NCBI GenBank assembly: GCA_012295275.1
Contig: CM022670.1
Location: 30,690,001 to 30,754,000 of the forward strand
Direction of reading: 5' to 3'
DNA length: 64,000 nucleotides
From: Chrysomallon squamiferum
Taxonomy: Eukaryota > Animalia > Mollusca
Under the pieces are notes generated by a model that saw only the letters and a list, made by a program, of their open reading frames with translations, was not told the DNA's origin and did not search any database. Every line of letters starts with the position of its first letter. Positions within the stretch are counted from its first letter, which is position 1. Below, piece after piece: positions 26,573-41,804 of the stretch. Both the position numbers and the translations under genes were made by a program.

Positions 26573-29500
26573 TGTATGTATAAATATCTATATATGTATG
26601 AAACATGTTTGAATATTATTTGATTAATATTTCATTTTCCTTCTTCTCACTAAATATATCTTTAACTCTCACAGTATCAACCTAATATCAACAATACCAT
26701 TACCATTTTAGGTTGTTTCACAACGTAAATCCATCTAGAGCACGACATGCTCATTGTTCATCCACTCTCACCAATAGGAGGCAAACATTACATGTACCAA
26801 GATTAGAAAAAAAATACAAAAACTGAATTATCAACAAAACAGCTTTAAATATTTCAGTATTGAAATAAACACAAATATTTCTTGTCATTCAGAATTACTG
26901 ACATCGGATCCCAAGAGATTAGAATTTCTCTGTTCAAAGCTAGTCGTTTGTGGCATTTCGTCAATTCCTCTCTTAGTTCTTCTCAGCCTCTTTATCTAGG
27001 AGAGTGCTAACAGTTGGTAACGTTACAGAAAACAACAGAACTCAAAATGAGATAATAAGTTTGTATATATATTTAATACACAGGGCAAGACCAGTACACA
27101 CAAAAGGTATCTTAAATAATTAATAACTTTATTTTTCTCTGTGCTGTTCGAAATATTTTTCTCTGTGTTGGACAAAAGTGTTGTTGATGTACTGATTATA
27201 AATATTTGTATTTTTAACTGGTTTATTTGATTAGAATTTTGGTTTTGGTATTTTTGTTGTTCATGTTGTTATTTCAGTTATGTTCTTGTCATTTTTTTCT
27301 TTATTGTTGATTCTTTATTAACAGGTTTTATTTATATGTTTTGCTTAGTTATACTTTAAAAAAAATTGCCACATTAATGTTTTTTATTCGTTTGTTTCAG
27401 ATAGGCTTCAGTTACCAGTTAATTATTTGAATTTATTTGGAGTTTGACTGAATAATGTGAGAGGCTAAAAAGAAAAACATGATAAACAGAAACTCGAGAA
27501 CACATTAACAAAGTTCAAGAAAATATTAAAGTATTGTTTAATTGCCGCTTAAATAGAAAAAAATCTTCTTTTTAAGAATCAACATCACAAAGTAGCCTAG
27601 GTATAACATTATTATTGCTTAAGCCTATTTAGATTGTAAACCAAATTAGTCTTAAACAAATTAGAAATTTTGCCTTTAAGTAATTATTACTAGTCACATC
27701 TTTCTAAATTCAGAATTAATTCATTCTAACATTTTCATGTCATCATGACTCTGTAACCATTTTATGTGTTAGTTAATCATATTTATTTATTACTAGACAC
27801 AGTCAATATCATTTTATCAATAATTATTCAATGTGCATATTGCCTGTTTTCAAAGTCGTCCTTTTGTGTTACAGAACTTGCGATATTACGTTACAGCAGA
27901 GAGATTCATTAACATTCAGTTCGTCTTTCTTGATTCATTTATTATTACAGATATTCAAAATACTGGTGAGATCTTTGTGATTTGGCTTCATGAAATTATC
28001 CATGTAAGCAAATTCAAAATCAAATTTATTGCTTTCAGCATATTCAGAGATATATTCTAAGGTTGTCATGACTTGAAGTCACCAGGGATGTATTATTGTT
28101 AGAAAATGTAAAATGACAGCTTTTGTACAAATAAAGATCGCTAATTAACAGTCTTTTGGGAATGAATGTTGAGTATTGTTTCCAAGGATTTGAATTCACA
28201 AGTATTAATTTAAGTCATTAATACTGTATTATTTTCAGACTTTTCCTGCATTTGCTTCATTTTGTTTTTCTGGAGATCATTGTTAGCGAAATGGAGGCTG
28301 TAAATAGAGTCTGGCTTTATATTTATATCAAGTAAAATTAAGAATCTTTCTTTGCTCTATATTCCAGAAGCGTTAATTTTCTCGTTATACTGACTAACAC
28401 GTATTTACACTAGTAAATAGTAAATTATACTGAGATCTCTTTAAACATTACTTCACCATGCATCATCTTTTAATTAATTAATTCATTATTTTTTATTTAT
28501 ATTTATATATTTGAAATATTTTTATTTAGAAAATGATAGAAAAATATTTATAACTACCGATTTACAGCTATTAAAAGCATTAACCAGTCATATTGCTTTA
28601 ATAGCAAGTCACTTCCGTTCATTATAAAGGATTGCATGTAAATGTCATGAGTCAAACATAGGTAGAGTTTGAGGAAAGATAACAAATTATATACAAGAAA
28701 GTATTTAGTTCGTGATATTTATTGCTATCTGTCTGGCGAATCCTCTTAGCCATGAAGGTCGTTATTGATGTGTTTGTATATTTTTACAGGGATAGTTTCT
28801 GGTTTTCATATGCACATACATAGCCAATAAACAAAACATGGAGAACATATGAGTTCAGTCTTATTTCGGTTTTGTTGGGTTGCCAAGTAACAATATTTCA
28901 AATTGTAGTTCTGTGAGCATCTTAACTGATTATTCAAAGTACGTGCAATTGCTGGTCGTGTTGGTGTAGTCATAATGTCTGCAAATGTGATTATAACAGC
29001 TCTATGAACTGTTATTTTTGACCGAAAAGTCAATCGTTCGTGGATTTTTATTGAGTATATTCCAGTATCTTTTAGATTCCAGTCATATTATCGAATTAAA
29101 GAGACAATAATGTAAAAAAAGGAATAACACATAAATAAAAAGATGAAGTTTTTTAACCATGTTATTCTTTAATCTGTTAGTATAATAAGATTTTAATACA
29201 AGATTTTGAAGAAATGACTTAAAATAAAATATACTTTTATTGCAATATGAACGTTTTTTCTTCATATTTAAACTGTTTTAAATATTTATAATGAGATTAA
29301 AGGAAATGATGATGTTGATGGAGATAACAGTAATAAAAAGAATAACAAAATGAACAACTACATTAACAACAATTTTATAAAAACAACAAGGACAGCAACA
29401 ACAACAGCAACAACAACAACAACAATAATAATAATTAAAACAAATTATCAATGGTTCATTATTCTAAATCAAAAACCAGCAATATTTTGCAATGGTTTTG

Positions 29501-32500
29501 GAACCTTCTGTCAAAATATAAACTATGTTCAATGACATTTTCCTACCTTCTCATACCATCATACAAACCCCACATGCAGAAAACTTTCTCACGATTTTTT
29601 ATAGCTATGAACTGTTTCTTGTTCTTAAGATTGAAGTATTCAGACCTTGATGGATGAAAAGATCAAATTAGCATGATTCATTTAGATACATCAGCTTTAA
29701 CACCTAACTCGGGTAAGAGAGGGATATTTTCTTGTACAAACACCTGTTTCCATATCATTAACCTTTTAATCGTATCTCCGTGTCTCCGAGCTGGAAAGTA
29801 GCTGTTTTATGTTCTATGATACTGTGTGTGTGCAGACATCCCATCTATCACTAAATTTCAACAAAACAACAATAAACAATTTACTTTAAATGCATAATCA
29901 AGCATATCTTCAGTAATAAATGTTCCATTTAGTAAATAATTTTTTTTTTTTGTCTGTAAGATAATCACATAAGTGCATTGATTCGTACCTATCTAACTTC
30001 TAGACTGTAACGTTTATCGGCTGAAATAACAAAACATGAGTACCCTGTCGCAGTTATCATTTACCTGTATTACAACATAAACATATTACTTCGTGTTATA
30101 ACGTGCTGGTACAGGCTGGAGGTATATTTTGCATACTACACACATAAAATTTATCAATTTTGTTCTTGCTACCTATAAATTATATTACCTCTGACTCACC
30201 TTGTTAAGGTTGTGGAGGTAACATGGCAGCATTAATTCATTTGTCTGACAATGACACAAAGCAATAGGTTTGACAAATGATGATGGATGTTATATTTCAC
30301 TTGGGACCCAGCCAGAGCAATACCATTACAAACTGTCACGTTAAAACTGGTAAAAATAAATCGTAGTTGTTGTTCAGAATCTAATTAAAGTGATTTATTT
30401 TTAGTCGTATGTTTGTTACATAGGATTATTTTTGTGTATGTCTGTCTGACTTATGTGTCTATGTGATCTTGTTGTCATTTTGTTGTTTGATTCTTTGTTC
30501 GGAATGTTGTGTTCTTATCTGTTTTGTTTGTTGTTGGTCTGTGTTTGTTTTTTTAAGTTTTGCGTTACTTTATATGATTTTTTGTTTTTTTGTTATTGTT
30601 TTGTTGCTGCTGTTGTTGCTGTTGTTGTTTGTTTGTTTGTTTTGTTTTATTGTAAACAATATTCAATATACTTCTACATTAATCTAATGTATTTTGAAAT
30701 ATGATGTAAACAAAGCTTCAATAATCACTAGATTATCAGAACCTAGATAGGTCTTAGGTTAGTATTTCCAAGATAATCATTTTAAATAATTTTAAAATGA
30801 TATGGAGAAAATAAATTACGAATAAACAATTTTTGAATACTGAAACTGCAGAGAGCAAAAACATATGCTTTCTATATTCGTTGTTAAATTTATCTACATT
30901 TTCATTCTTAACGTTTTACGACTGTACAGTACTATATATTTATTTGATCTTGGTAACTTAAACTATAGAATGGGAAGAAATATGTTTAGATGATCTAAAC
31001 CAGACATTAATTTTCGTCCATCGCGACAAAAATAAGGAATTTGGTTTCGTATAAAGTTAATTCTTAAAACGAAATATAAATAACTTTTCTTTTTAATTTG
31101 ATTTACTAAGCATGTATGTATGTATGTATGTATGTATGTATGTATGTATGTATGTATGTATGTATGTTTGTAATTTCGGTGTTTTATGTACATTACTTTC
31201 TTTTCTTCTTCACCTGTAAGTATTTACTGAATAGGTCTGGAGAAGAGAAAGGTATATCCAGACACCTGCAATAAAGTCATACCAGAGATTATAGAAACAG
31301 GGCAATTGGCAAATCATCTATCGTAATTTTTCGAAATGATAAAGTAGGATATTTCAGCAGCTTATTCATTTTATATTAACAAGAGTTAATAAGGACAGAG
31401 TATTTTACTTTTTTTATCGTTTTTCCATCCGAATGTTTTTCTTTTAGTTTAGTTTCCTGCCGACAGTCACGTGTTTCTTACAATGCATCAAATAGAAATT
31501 TATCAACTCATTTTTAAAAGTGTCCTCTTCAGAAAATAACTAATTTTCTTTTTAATCTATTTGGCTTTATGGTTTTATTAAAAGAAATTATAAATAACAC
31601 ACCATGTGATCATACGGTGCAGAGCTCTCTAGTCTTTAATTTCTTAATGGGTCTGGAAAATAATTAAATTTACGTTTCTGTGAAAATTCCATGAAATGTG
31701 CTTTACGATCAGCGGGCGAAACACGCTTCTGAAGAGCAAGGTAGTCTGTATTTTTCATTAGTGATCGCTAGCTCAAAGCTATCGTTGTTATTGGTTATGT
31801 AAACGAATCTCAGAATTCTGACATCATCTACAAAAAAGGAAATTGTTGTTTGTTGAGTTTTCAGGTTATAAATCCATTATTCAGTTATTGTATCAGTCGG
31901 GATCTAATAGATCAATTTGTCTCTTTCCTTTGAGTAGTTAACATTTAATTATCTAATGCGTCGACTTTCAAAAGTTTGGTCTTCTTCGGCTGTCGTAGAA
32001 CCTATTAATAGAATGAATAATGTAACGTTTGTTCTGTGTTATTTCGTGTCACCGGGTTTGTGTGTTTATTTCTAATGTTTTTCGTATAAATATTTCCATT
32101 TGGAAGTGCAATTAACGAGCATGTACGAAACAGTCATGCTTTGCACGACAATCATTTGGAATGCATACATATGGGATATACTTCAATGGATTCCAGAAGG
32201 AATGATTAAAATTTAAGATATCCTGTTTTGACGGAAACAGAAAATAGATATTTATACTGCGCCACAAGTTAAAAATGTTCAAGGAGATTGAGTAAACAAG
32301 GTAACATACACTGCGCGTAAAAGGGGAGACCAGGCGACTAAATTATGAATACACAGACGAACAATAATATCGATCGTCGATACTTTAGAGTGCGCTGATA
32401 TGGTGATTTACACCAAACACGAAGCTATAAAGAAATGTTCGATACTAATAGCTGAATAATTATAACTATCCAGGTGTTAGTGATCTCTCTGTAAATCAAA

Positions 32501-32896
32501 CTAATTTGGTAAAAACACCCTAAAAGTATGTCCGCATACTGATACATTCAGAGAGATAGAGAGAGACTGACAGACAAACAAACAGACAGACAAAAAGAGA
32601 TACAGTTATATATATATACATTCAGACAATGATGACATATAATACAGTTGGTTTTTTTTCACACATGGGTATTTAAAGAATTCTTTGTTGCACTAACTCT
32701 TGTCATGAACAACATAAACTGTATTTCCATTTAGTTATCAATTTATGTTCAGGACATACTTACAAGCTTTATGTAGTATGTATAATTTATTAATTACTGA
32801 CAAACTATTCGTTATACTATAGTTTATTCTAAGCTAAAAATAGAAATACATCTATTTTATATACATTCATACATATGCAGACACAGACACACACAC

Positions 32897-32941
<45 letters not shown>

Positions 32942-33241
32942 CGAGGTTTTACAGTCATAAAAAATCCTTGATTATGTTTGATAAAACTAAATACATATAT
33001 ACATGCAAATATACAGACATACTAGAGTGCGCGCGTGTGTGTGTATGTAAAAAATCATAACAATTCTACCAGGTATTTATTTAAATAATTTCGGCTGTAT
33101 CCTTTGTATTTCTTCTATAACCAGGTTTTTTTGTCTAAAAATGTCCATCTGTCACACTATATTCAAATAACTGTTCATTTTTTAAATGAATAAATCAATA
33201 AATATACAAATAAACAAACAAGCTAACTAACTAACTAACAT

Positions 33242-33290
<49 letters not shown>

Positions 33291-34150
33291 CAGAGGATAA
33301 ATTAATCAATGAATAAATAAATAAGATGAACAAAATAAAACAAACTAAAAACAAATTTATTATTTTATATTTTACAAATATATAGCTTTCAATAATATTA
33401 AAGTTTTAATTACTTTTTATATCAATGTATTATAATTCTACGGAGCTGACGTTTTTCATTTTGTTTTTTGTTTATTTGCTCTTTATACCATCAACATTTT
33501 ATATACGTTGTCATCAGCACTGTTTTCAACGCTACGCCTAAGTCAGTACAATGAGAAATCAAATATAAATGAAACAACCGTTATTGCTTAACGATGATGA
33601 ACTGCAAGCTATATAATGTTGTTATTTCACACGACAATTGATCGACTTTATCATTTAGTGCCCTAGTGTACTAGCAAAGTACGCATTGCATTGGGTCGCG
33701 ATGTATACAGAACAGACAAAAAGCTCCTGAATATTGTTACTCTGATATTGGTAGACTGTAACAACACAGGAATTTTTTTGTTATAATGTAGTTTGAAAAA
33801 AAAAAAAAAAAAAAATCCATAGAATACTAATAAATTATTACTCATATTGTACGATACTTTGATACAGGGCATGTTTTCTCTATAATGTAATTACTGAAAA
33901 GAAACCCACCAAAAAAACCCACCTCTTTTCCACAATTTTTTATATTACTCAACTACACGTTGAAAAGCTATCAACACATAACCGGTAAAACAAAATCAAA
34001 AGAAAAGCATTAATGTATGTTTTTGTAATAGTACAATGTTGAAGGAATAATGTCTACGTTAACGACAATGTGACAAAACTGTTTTAACACGAATGAAAAG
34101 TTAATGTCATGCTAATCGAAGTTACTGCTTATATATATACAAACACACAC

Positions 34151-34198
<48 letters not shown>

Positions 34199-35016
34199 CA
34201 AGGCAAAAAACTTCCCTCTAACACAAACATGAATAAAAAAAATAAAAATAAAAATAAACTTATAGAGAAAACCTAACAAAACAATTCATATAACTGAGGT
34301 TTCACTTTTACCATGTACCATGTGTACATTTTTAAAACCAGTGTTACTGGATAGTTGACAGATGTGCCGAATGTGATGACAGTAATGTTCCTTGCCAGGT
34401 TCACTGATATTACAGCAACACATCACTTAACTTATTATAAATCACAGTAAAAATATTTCCCTAACTAATGGAAATCAGGCAGTTTATTTAGCTGAAAAGT
34501 AAATACCAAAGGACAGATCACGAGAGAAAATATCACAGCAAGTGTATCGAAAAGCTCAGCAATTGTGTTTGAATATTAGTTGCTTTTTTGCACTGATACC
34601 ACCACTCTTTGAACAAGAAATGTTCTCTTCTGATACATATCAGAAATAAACATTACCGAATGTAATAAATTACTAATGAATGACGTTATTATTCATCTAT
34701 CATACTTAGGTGGGTTTTTTAGCAATGCAAAATAAAAGAATATTTATTTATTTATTTATTTATTTATTGTATTGTGTGTCTCCCTGTATACATGGACACA
34801 CACAAACATATGCACCAATAGAGACACATGCAAACGTCATTGTCTGGTTTGTATTTATTCTATTATCCTCCACCAACGTGCATGGTGTTGCTGGGAATTT
34901 TTCATTAACAATTAAAAATGAGGATTGTCTCAGAAATTCTTTGTATCTTATTAATAATGCATATTTTTTTCATTTTATGTAAATTATGACTATATTCAGA
35001 AAATTCACAAACACAT

Positions 35017-35054
<38 letters not shown>

Positions 35055-35654
35055 TTTTTATATAATTAAAATGCTTATTTTTAAAATGCAGCAGAATTCT
35101 CATAACCCAATCTTACGATCCCTTGGGCTTAACTGAATACAAAAAATAATAATAATAATAAATAAAAATTTCTTAACGCCTTTGGATATTTGGCTGCATC
35201 ATCGCTGTAAGTATTACTTATAATGACATTCCATTTAAATTTCTTTTTTGTCGAGTATGTTTCCAAATAATGTTTTTGCACGTACAGAACTATATGTTTT
35301 TTTTTTTTTTTTTTTTTTGTTCCATCCATTCCAGCTGCACTTCGGACATGATCCGTATAAGCAAACTGTCACTAATTATTCAGACAAATCTATGACAGCC
35401 GAGGTTTATACGCCATGGCAACACTGATTTGATAAAGCGATTATAAAAGCAAACATCTAGATATCCTTGACATTCAAATAATTTTAAGCAGACACTGTGA
35501 GAAGTTGTATATTTCTCAAAATTTAATGAGAAAAGAGAATAAGAAAAAATAATAGTCATGCAAAATTTATCATTTCGAACCAACCCATATGAATATCTTT
35601 TGACACAACGCTTTACAGCCTGTTGAAACACACTTTGACCTGGCACAATTAACT

Positions 35655-35762
35655 GCAGCGTCGCACAAAAATACATGCAGGTTATATTAACGGCGGCTTG
35701 TCGAAGCGGGGCCTACCGCCAGGCCAGAGAAGAAACGTTTACTTTATCGTTGAGCTTTCGGA
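35655..35762 (+). promoter_or_regulatory. Putative TRPA1 promoter / 5' leader
   Basis: Locally GC/CpG-rich patch (cggcggcttgtcgaagcggggcctaccgcc) in an AT-rich background, TATATTAA at 35683-35690. Confidence 0.4.
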
Positions 35763-35999
35763 ATGGATAAATTGTTACAAGGTTTGAAGCATACGGATGA
35801 TTCACAAAAAAGGGAGTGTTCACTGCTCTGCTCTTTCCCCGACCCAGGCGACAGGGAGGAAGGAGGGAGGCTAAGTGTCAAGAGAGGTAACAGACGCTTT
35901 AGAAGAAAGTTCAGCAAAAGTTCGCAAAAGTCAGATGAAAATAATATCAGTCTCAGTGTTTTCTGTTTACTTCAAGAAAGTCCTTACCACATCATTCAG
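35763..35999 (+). CDS. TRPA1: TRPA1 coding exon 1 (MDKLLQ...SVFCLLQESPYHIIQ)
   Basis: ATG, 79 open codons, CAG|GTAAGT phase 0. CLLQESPYHIIQ|LAGTG resembles insect TRPA1 CLMTESPFRILRAAESG (recalled). Confidence 0.85.
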
Positions 36000-38610
36000 G
36001 TAAGTCATTTGTACAAAATAACAAAATCATTTATATAAAATATCTTAAGTTATCAGTATAAATACCGTAAGTTATCTATATAAAGTATCATAAATATCTG
36101 TATAAAACACCATGTCATTTCGATAAAATAGCGTAAGTCATTTTGCATAAACTGCTATAAATCATCTATAGAAAAGACCGTATGTCATCTCTCTAAAATA
36201 GTTACGTAATTTGTAATGATTATTATTAAATTACAAGTATTAGCTTTTTTAACTTTTCACTATGTAGAGAGACAGTGAAAAAAGGAGATCATAATATTAT
36301 TAACAAACACACAAAAGAAACAACATTGTAACCTGACTGTGGTTATATATAAATTACATAGCGTGATGTTACTATTTAGACATTTGCGTAAGCTTTCTGA
36401 TTTATCAGATGTATTAATCGATAGTTAAATTATGTGTTTTTAACATCAGTGTACTGATGAAAATAATTTTTAGAAAAGTAATAGTAATATGAGCGCATCT
36501 GAAAGACTCTTTACTTCGTTGGGTCACAAGTTAAGATAAACAAAATATAGTGGGAGAAAAAAAAAGAGTGGCTAATAAATAACTGAGTTTAGATCGTAAA
36601 TCTTGCTTGCTTGTAACACTAGGCTTTTACATTAGCGAGACTGGTACTTTAGCAACGTGAATTACATAGTTATTTTTTTTAAAGGAATGCGGTCCTTGAT
36701 TTGTCATTATAACATACTTTTTATTAAGCTGGCAAATATGTTGATTTAGTTTTTATGTACAAGTGTTTTAATCTAAACTGTGTAGGCATGTGTATATGTG
36801 TGTTTGCGTGTGTGTATAAGTGTGTGTGTATATGTGTTGTTTATGTGTGTATCATCGTCCCAGATGAGATAAATATACAACAAAGGACAAAAGAAACTCA
36901 ACAATTATCTTATTTTCTTACAAAGATGACATGCAATATATAATGTATTATAAGGTTGCTAAAAAGAACGGTAGAAAATCTTTCGTTCTGTTATGATTCA
37001 AGAATAGTTTATAAAGTCTGATAAAAGCAAAATGAGATCATCTAAAGCGGAGTTAACCAGATTCCGTGTTCTTCTTTTAATGATTCACATACCATTGATC
37101 ATACCCAGCAATTACTCTCGTTAACAAGTAACAGCTGATAACAATTAGCATCATGTTGTCAAAACTACAAGCCAACATCCTGTAATAATAATTTTTCCAC
37201 ATCGCTCAAACACGTCCGTTTTGTACTCGGGAAAACCTCTGTGTAAAAGCAACCTGCTAATACTGACGGTGTTTTACAACCTGGGTTAGGTTGCAGTTTT
37301 TATTTTCATGTCTAGAGATTAGAAAAGCAGACAAACATCTCAAGTTATTGCTCCACACGTTCAACCATGTTTTACTTTATTTTTTCTATGATGATTATTC
37401 TTGTGATTAAACGTTCCGATTACTTTCTGCTGCAGGCCTTAATCTTCATTTAGGATGTTACAGTTTTCGTATTACTTCGTCGTAATCATTCATATACTTA
37501 ACAAATGGAATGTTGCGCGTCGTATACTGCTCTTCTTAAGCTAGTATGGATTACACTTATTAATTTTGATTTCTGTTTTTATCGGGTATTCATTTCAGTC
37601 TGCTTTTTATAATAATTTCAGACTGATATCGAATTTTTAAAAATATTTCTTTCTTTAGATCTTGATAGCTTTCAAACACTTAATCCGTTTAACTATTCTC
37701 TATATCGTGTTTCTTTTCTGCAGTTATGGTTCAGTGATCTTACATATTAACAGACTTGGCTAGTCGTTGAAATATTCATGTGATATTCAAATCTTGCAAA
37801 CGCGCAGACTATTTTCTTACTTTAAAAAAATATTATATTATTTGTCAGTCTTGTATTATAATGCCGTGTGTATTCTCTCTGATAGCAATGTATAATTTTT
37901 AATATTATTATTATAAACATAAGCAACTAAATAATAATTGGTTTGAAGATGATCGGTAAATTCCTTAATACACGAATAAACCTTAACACAAACTTTTAAC
38001 TGGTATAAACCGCCGCCAGTGCTCTCAACAGTATAGTGCTACAATATATTTACCTTGCGATTTAATAGTTTTCTTTCAAAATTTAATATTATTTTATTTA
38101 TTGTTAGTTTTATTAAAGACTATTTTTCCTGAGAAAATTATATTAACTCTCACTAAAACTATTTGAAACATGAATACTGATTTTTTCTATTATTATTATT
38201 ATGTATTGAATTTATTAAGAGCTGATACTTATAGAATAAATGAAACCTTTTTTCGCTACTGCTCGTGTAGAAATTACAGGATTGTAAGTGGTAAATGTGA
38301 TATCAAATCGACTGACTGAGAAATCGCACTGGATTACCTTTCTTAATTTGCTAGCTAGCGTTTAACGTCTGAGGCGTTGGTAGAATTGCTCGCGGCTTGT
38401 GTGTGTGTGTGTGTTTGTGTTTGTGTGTTTGTGTGTGTGTGTTTGTTTGTGTGTGTGTTTTAGCTGTTAAACAATTATTATATTCTATATAAGTGCGTTT
38501 AGGTATGTGTGTATGTGTGTGTGTCTATGTGTGTGTGAGTATATGGATAGATGGAAGGATGGATGAATGTATTCTTATTAGTTCATTCTTATAGCTATAT
38601 CGTTAAATTC

Positions 38611-38652
<42 letters not shown>

Positions 38653-41600
38653 TAATAATAATCTGAGATGATGCTGTTTCTTCCATTTAGCTTTGCATTT
38701 CTTTAATGTAATTGCAGTCAACACGCCACTGAATGAAGTATTCTGAAACATTGGAGAGAATCTGAGAATTGTGATTAGTAATCTAGCTGTTTACTAAGAA
38801 AAACTTAACGAAACGAAAAAAGATAGAAAAAAACATGACTTATTAAAAGAAAACCTCCATTACTAAATATGAAAAATAACTACTCCTTCCATCGTTTATT
38901 ATAAAAGCTATAGAATTTAATTATTTATTACTACCATCTAATTCTAATTTACTTCTGTGTCTGCGTCTCTTTAGTTTTAGTGTTTTATTTTTTTTTGTTT
39001 TATATCTCGAAAACGCGGCAGCGCTTGTGCGCGCACACACACACACACACATACACTCACATCTAAATATATCTTCATCTGTCAATCGCCTATGTATTTC
39101 GTAGCAGCGGCCGAACTTGAATTTCAGCAAAGGGACGGGTGCCATATTCCTAGTGAATGTAGCTTACAAGGTAAATTGTGTTTTAATGTAATTCTAGAAA
39201 GAAATATCGCCCCACTTGTAATCTTACTTGGAGCCTTATCTTTGATGGGTTGTTAACGAAACACAACAGCTCGTTTTCGCAACTGACGCTTCAGTAACTC
39301 AAAATCTGTCACATTTTTGTAATACCTTCCAAATACTGACATTCATTTAATGGTTTCTAGCCTTCTGTTGTTCATTTATATATATGTTTTCTGTTGTAAT
39401 TTACAGAATCACCCTTTACGTATTTGATTAATATAAATTTACATAAGAAGGAAATGTCGGCCCATCCTCAATTTAAAAGAAAGAAAGAAAAAAAGAAGAA
39501 CATTTCTTTCTTTCTTTCTTTTTAATTTTTAATTTTGTTTTCATTCCGGCCAATTTTTCTTGAAAGTTGCACCCACTATATTGATCACGTTCCATCTTTC
39601 CTGACATCCCATATTCTCTCCCATCTTTCAGAATACTTCATTCAGTGGTGTCTTGACCGCAATTACATTACAGACATGTAAAGCTAAATGAAAGAAACAT
39701 TGAAACTGTTAGTGGATAAAATAATTTAACTACTTCAATGACTCCAGAAAGGAATTAGTATTTCTGAATCACCTGAAGTGTACATTTTATGATAGCTGGT
39801 GTATGGAATCGTTAGTTAGGTATAAACAATTATAATAAATTAAATGAAAGTATGTTAGGGAGAACACTCTTTTCAATCTATCAGAAAGCGCACTTTCATA
39901 AAAAGTAATCCATTCTTTGTTCATATTATTTAGGTAAAAGAAAAAATGTCCGGGTACAGAAAAAGTAATATTAATATCTGATTGATTCTTCATTCAGACT
40001 GTAGAGGTAAAAGAAGAGTACTCTCGTGTTTGAAAAAGAGTAGTACGTAATGTAGGTTACTTTATAGTAAACTTTAAAACAGAGTTCAGATCATCCACCA
40101 TTCTTGGTTTTTAGTTGATATGGTTACTAATGGGAGTAGGTTATTTACTCATCAAGCTTTAATGACACACACAAAACAAAACAACAATGATTTCCCACAG
40201 ACAATGAAAAAAACACAGAACTTCAAGATAAAAAATAAAATCCACAGATACATTTTCATCTTCCCACTGAATGAATTTACAAACAATTTAGTGGACCAAA
40301 AGGTGACGTTTATTACGAGATTTTGGTAAACAGAGTATGGCACAACCATCATGAATACTGATAATAATGCCTAGTTAAGTAACTCTACGCTACACGTCGA
40401 AGTCCATTCAGATACAGGTTTTACAAGTTCGTGTTACTATAATGCCGCTGTACGCGAAAAAACACCAGGGAAAAAGCAATACGTCAAAACGTCATAAAAA
40501 ATGTGTTCAGACATTGTTTACATCGCAGCAAAGCACAGATTACGGATAACGAGATGGAGATAGTAGTACAGGTAAATGTGTTTATTTTCACTGATTAAAA
40601 TAGTTAATATTATTTTTAGGAATTTTTATTGTTTTCTAAATTTATTTTTATCTATTTCAGAAATTTTAAACGTTTAAAAATTACCTTTCAAAATTTAGTG
40701 TAATATTTAATGTGTTTCTAGATTTATATTTACCATTTATGCAGACTAAAATTATTTATTAAAATATAATTATTTTTAATAATATTTTCAAGAGTTACTC
40801 AGATTTAAATTTAAAGTAAGCCTAACTTTTAGGATATAAATTAATATTTAATTGGTTTTGTAAATGTTTTGGTTACTCCTATTTGTTACGAATTATGCTA
40901 ATTTAGGACTTATATTTATTATTTTTTAAATCATATTTAATAGAAATTTATCATTAATGATGTACTGAAATGGCTGCTTCAAGAATTAAGCCGATTTATA
41001 ACTTAAATATAATTTTGCAGTTTAAAGTAACATTTAATGAAAATGCTTAAATGGAATTTGTAAAAAAAGAGCAACAAACACAAAACACAACATTTTCTAT
41101 TTGGAATATTTAAAAACAAGCAAACAAACAAACAGATAATAAATAAACAAACAAATAAATACATAAATAAATAAATAAATAAATAAGTACAATAAAGTAA
41201 TGTTGAAATGAAATTAGTTGACTGTAAAGGACAAATCATGGACTATGGGACATATAATTCAAAGTAGGTGTTTAACGGAAATTTACTTACGGTAAACTAT
41301 TGTAAATATAAAAAATATACGTAAATATAAAACCTTTAAATCAATATAAATATAATTCTTTAAAGCGTAAAAAAGGTACATTAGATGTAAGGGATTTATT
41401 TGAATTGTATCTGACATTAAATGATAAACAACAGATTTATAAGCATCAGACAATGAAAATATAATAAGTCTGGGGATTTTCGACAGTTTATTTTTTCAAT
41501 ACAATGATGTATTGGTCGCTTTGACCCACCGAAAACTAGTGGAAATATAGAACTTCCTAGAGTTAATCTTAAAATGTCTTCAAAAAACAAAAACAAAAAA

Positions 41601-41747
41601 TGCTATAAAAATAATGTTTTTAAAAAAGGGTAAATTTCTGATAACTTTTTCAGGTTGATTTATTCACATTTTTATAGATTTGGCAGAAATCAGTTTTAAA
41701 TAATTTTTATAATCAACCATTAAATGATCAGTCTGACACATGTTAAC

Positions 41748-41804
<57 letters not shown>

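Noticed and set aside
31214-31265. Minus-strand 52-nt exon-like segment (CLDIPFSSPDLFSKYLQ)
   Set aside because: Weak donor (GTGAAG), no homology, no partner exon.
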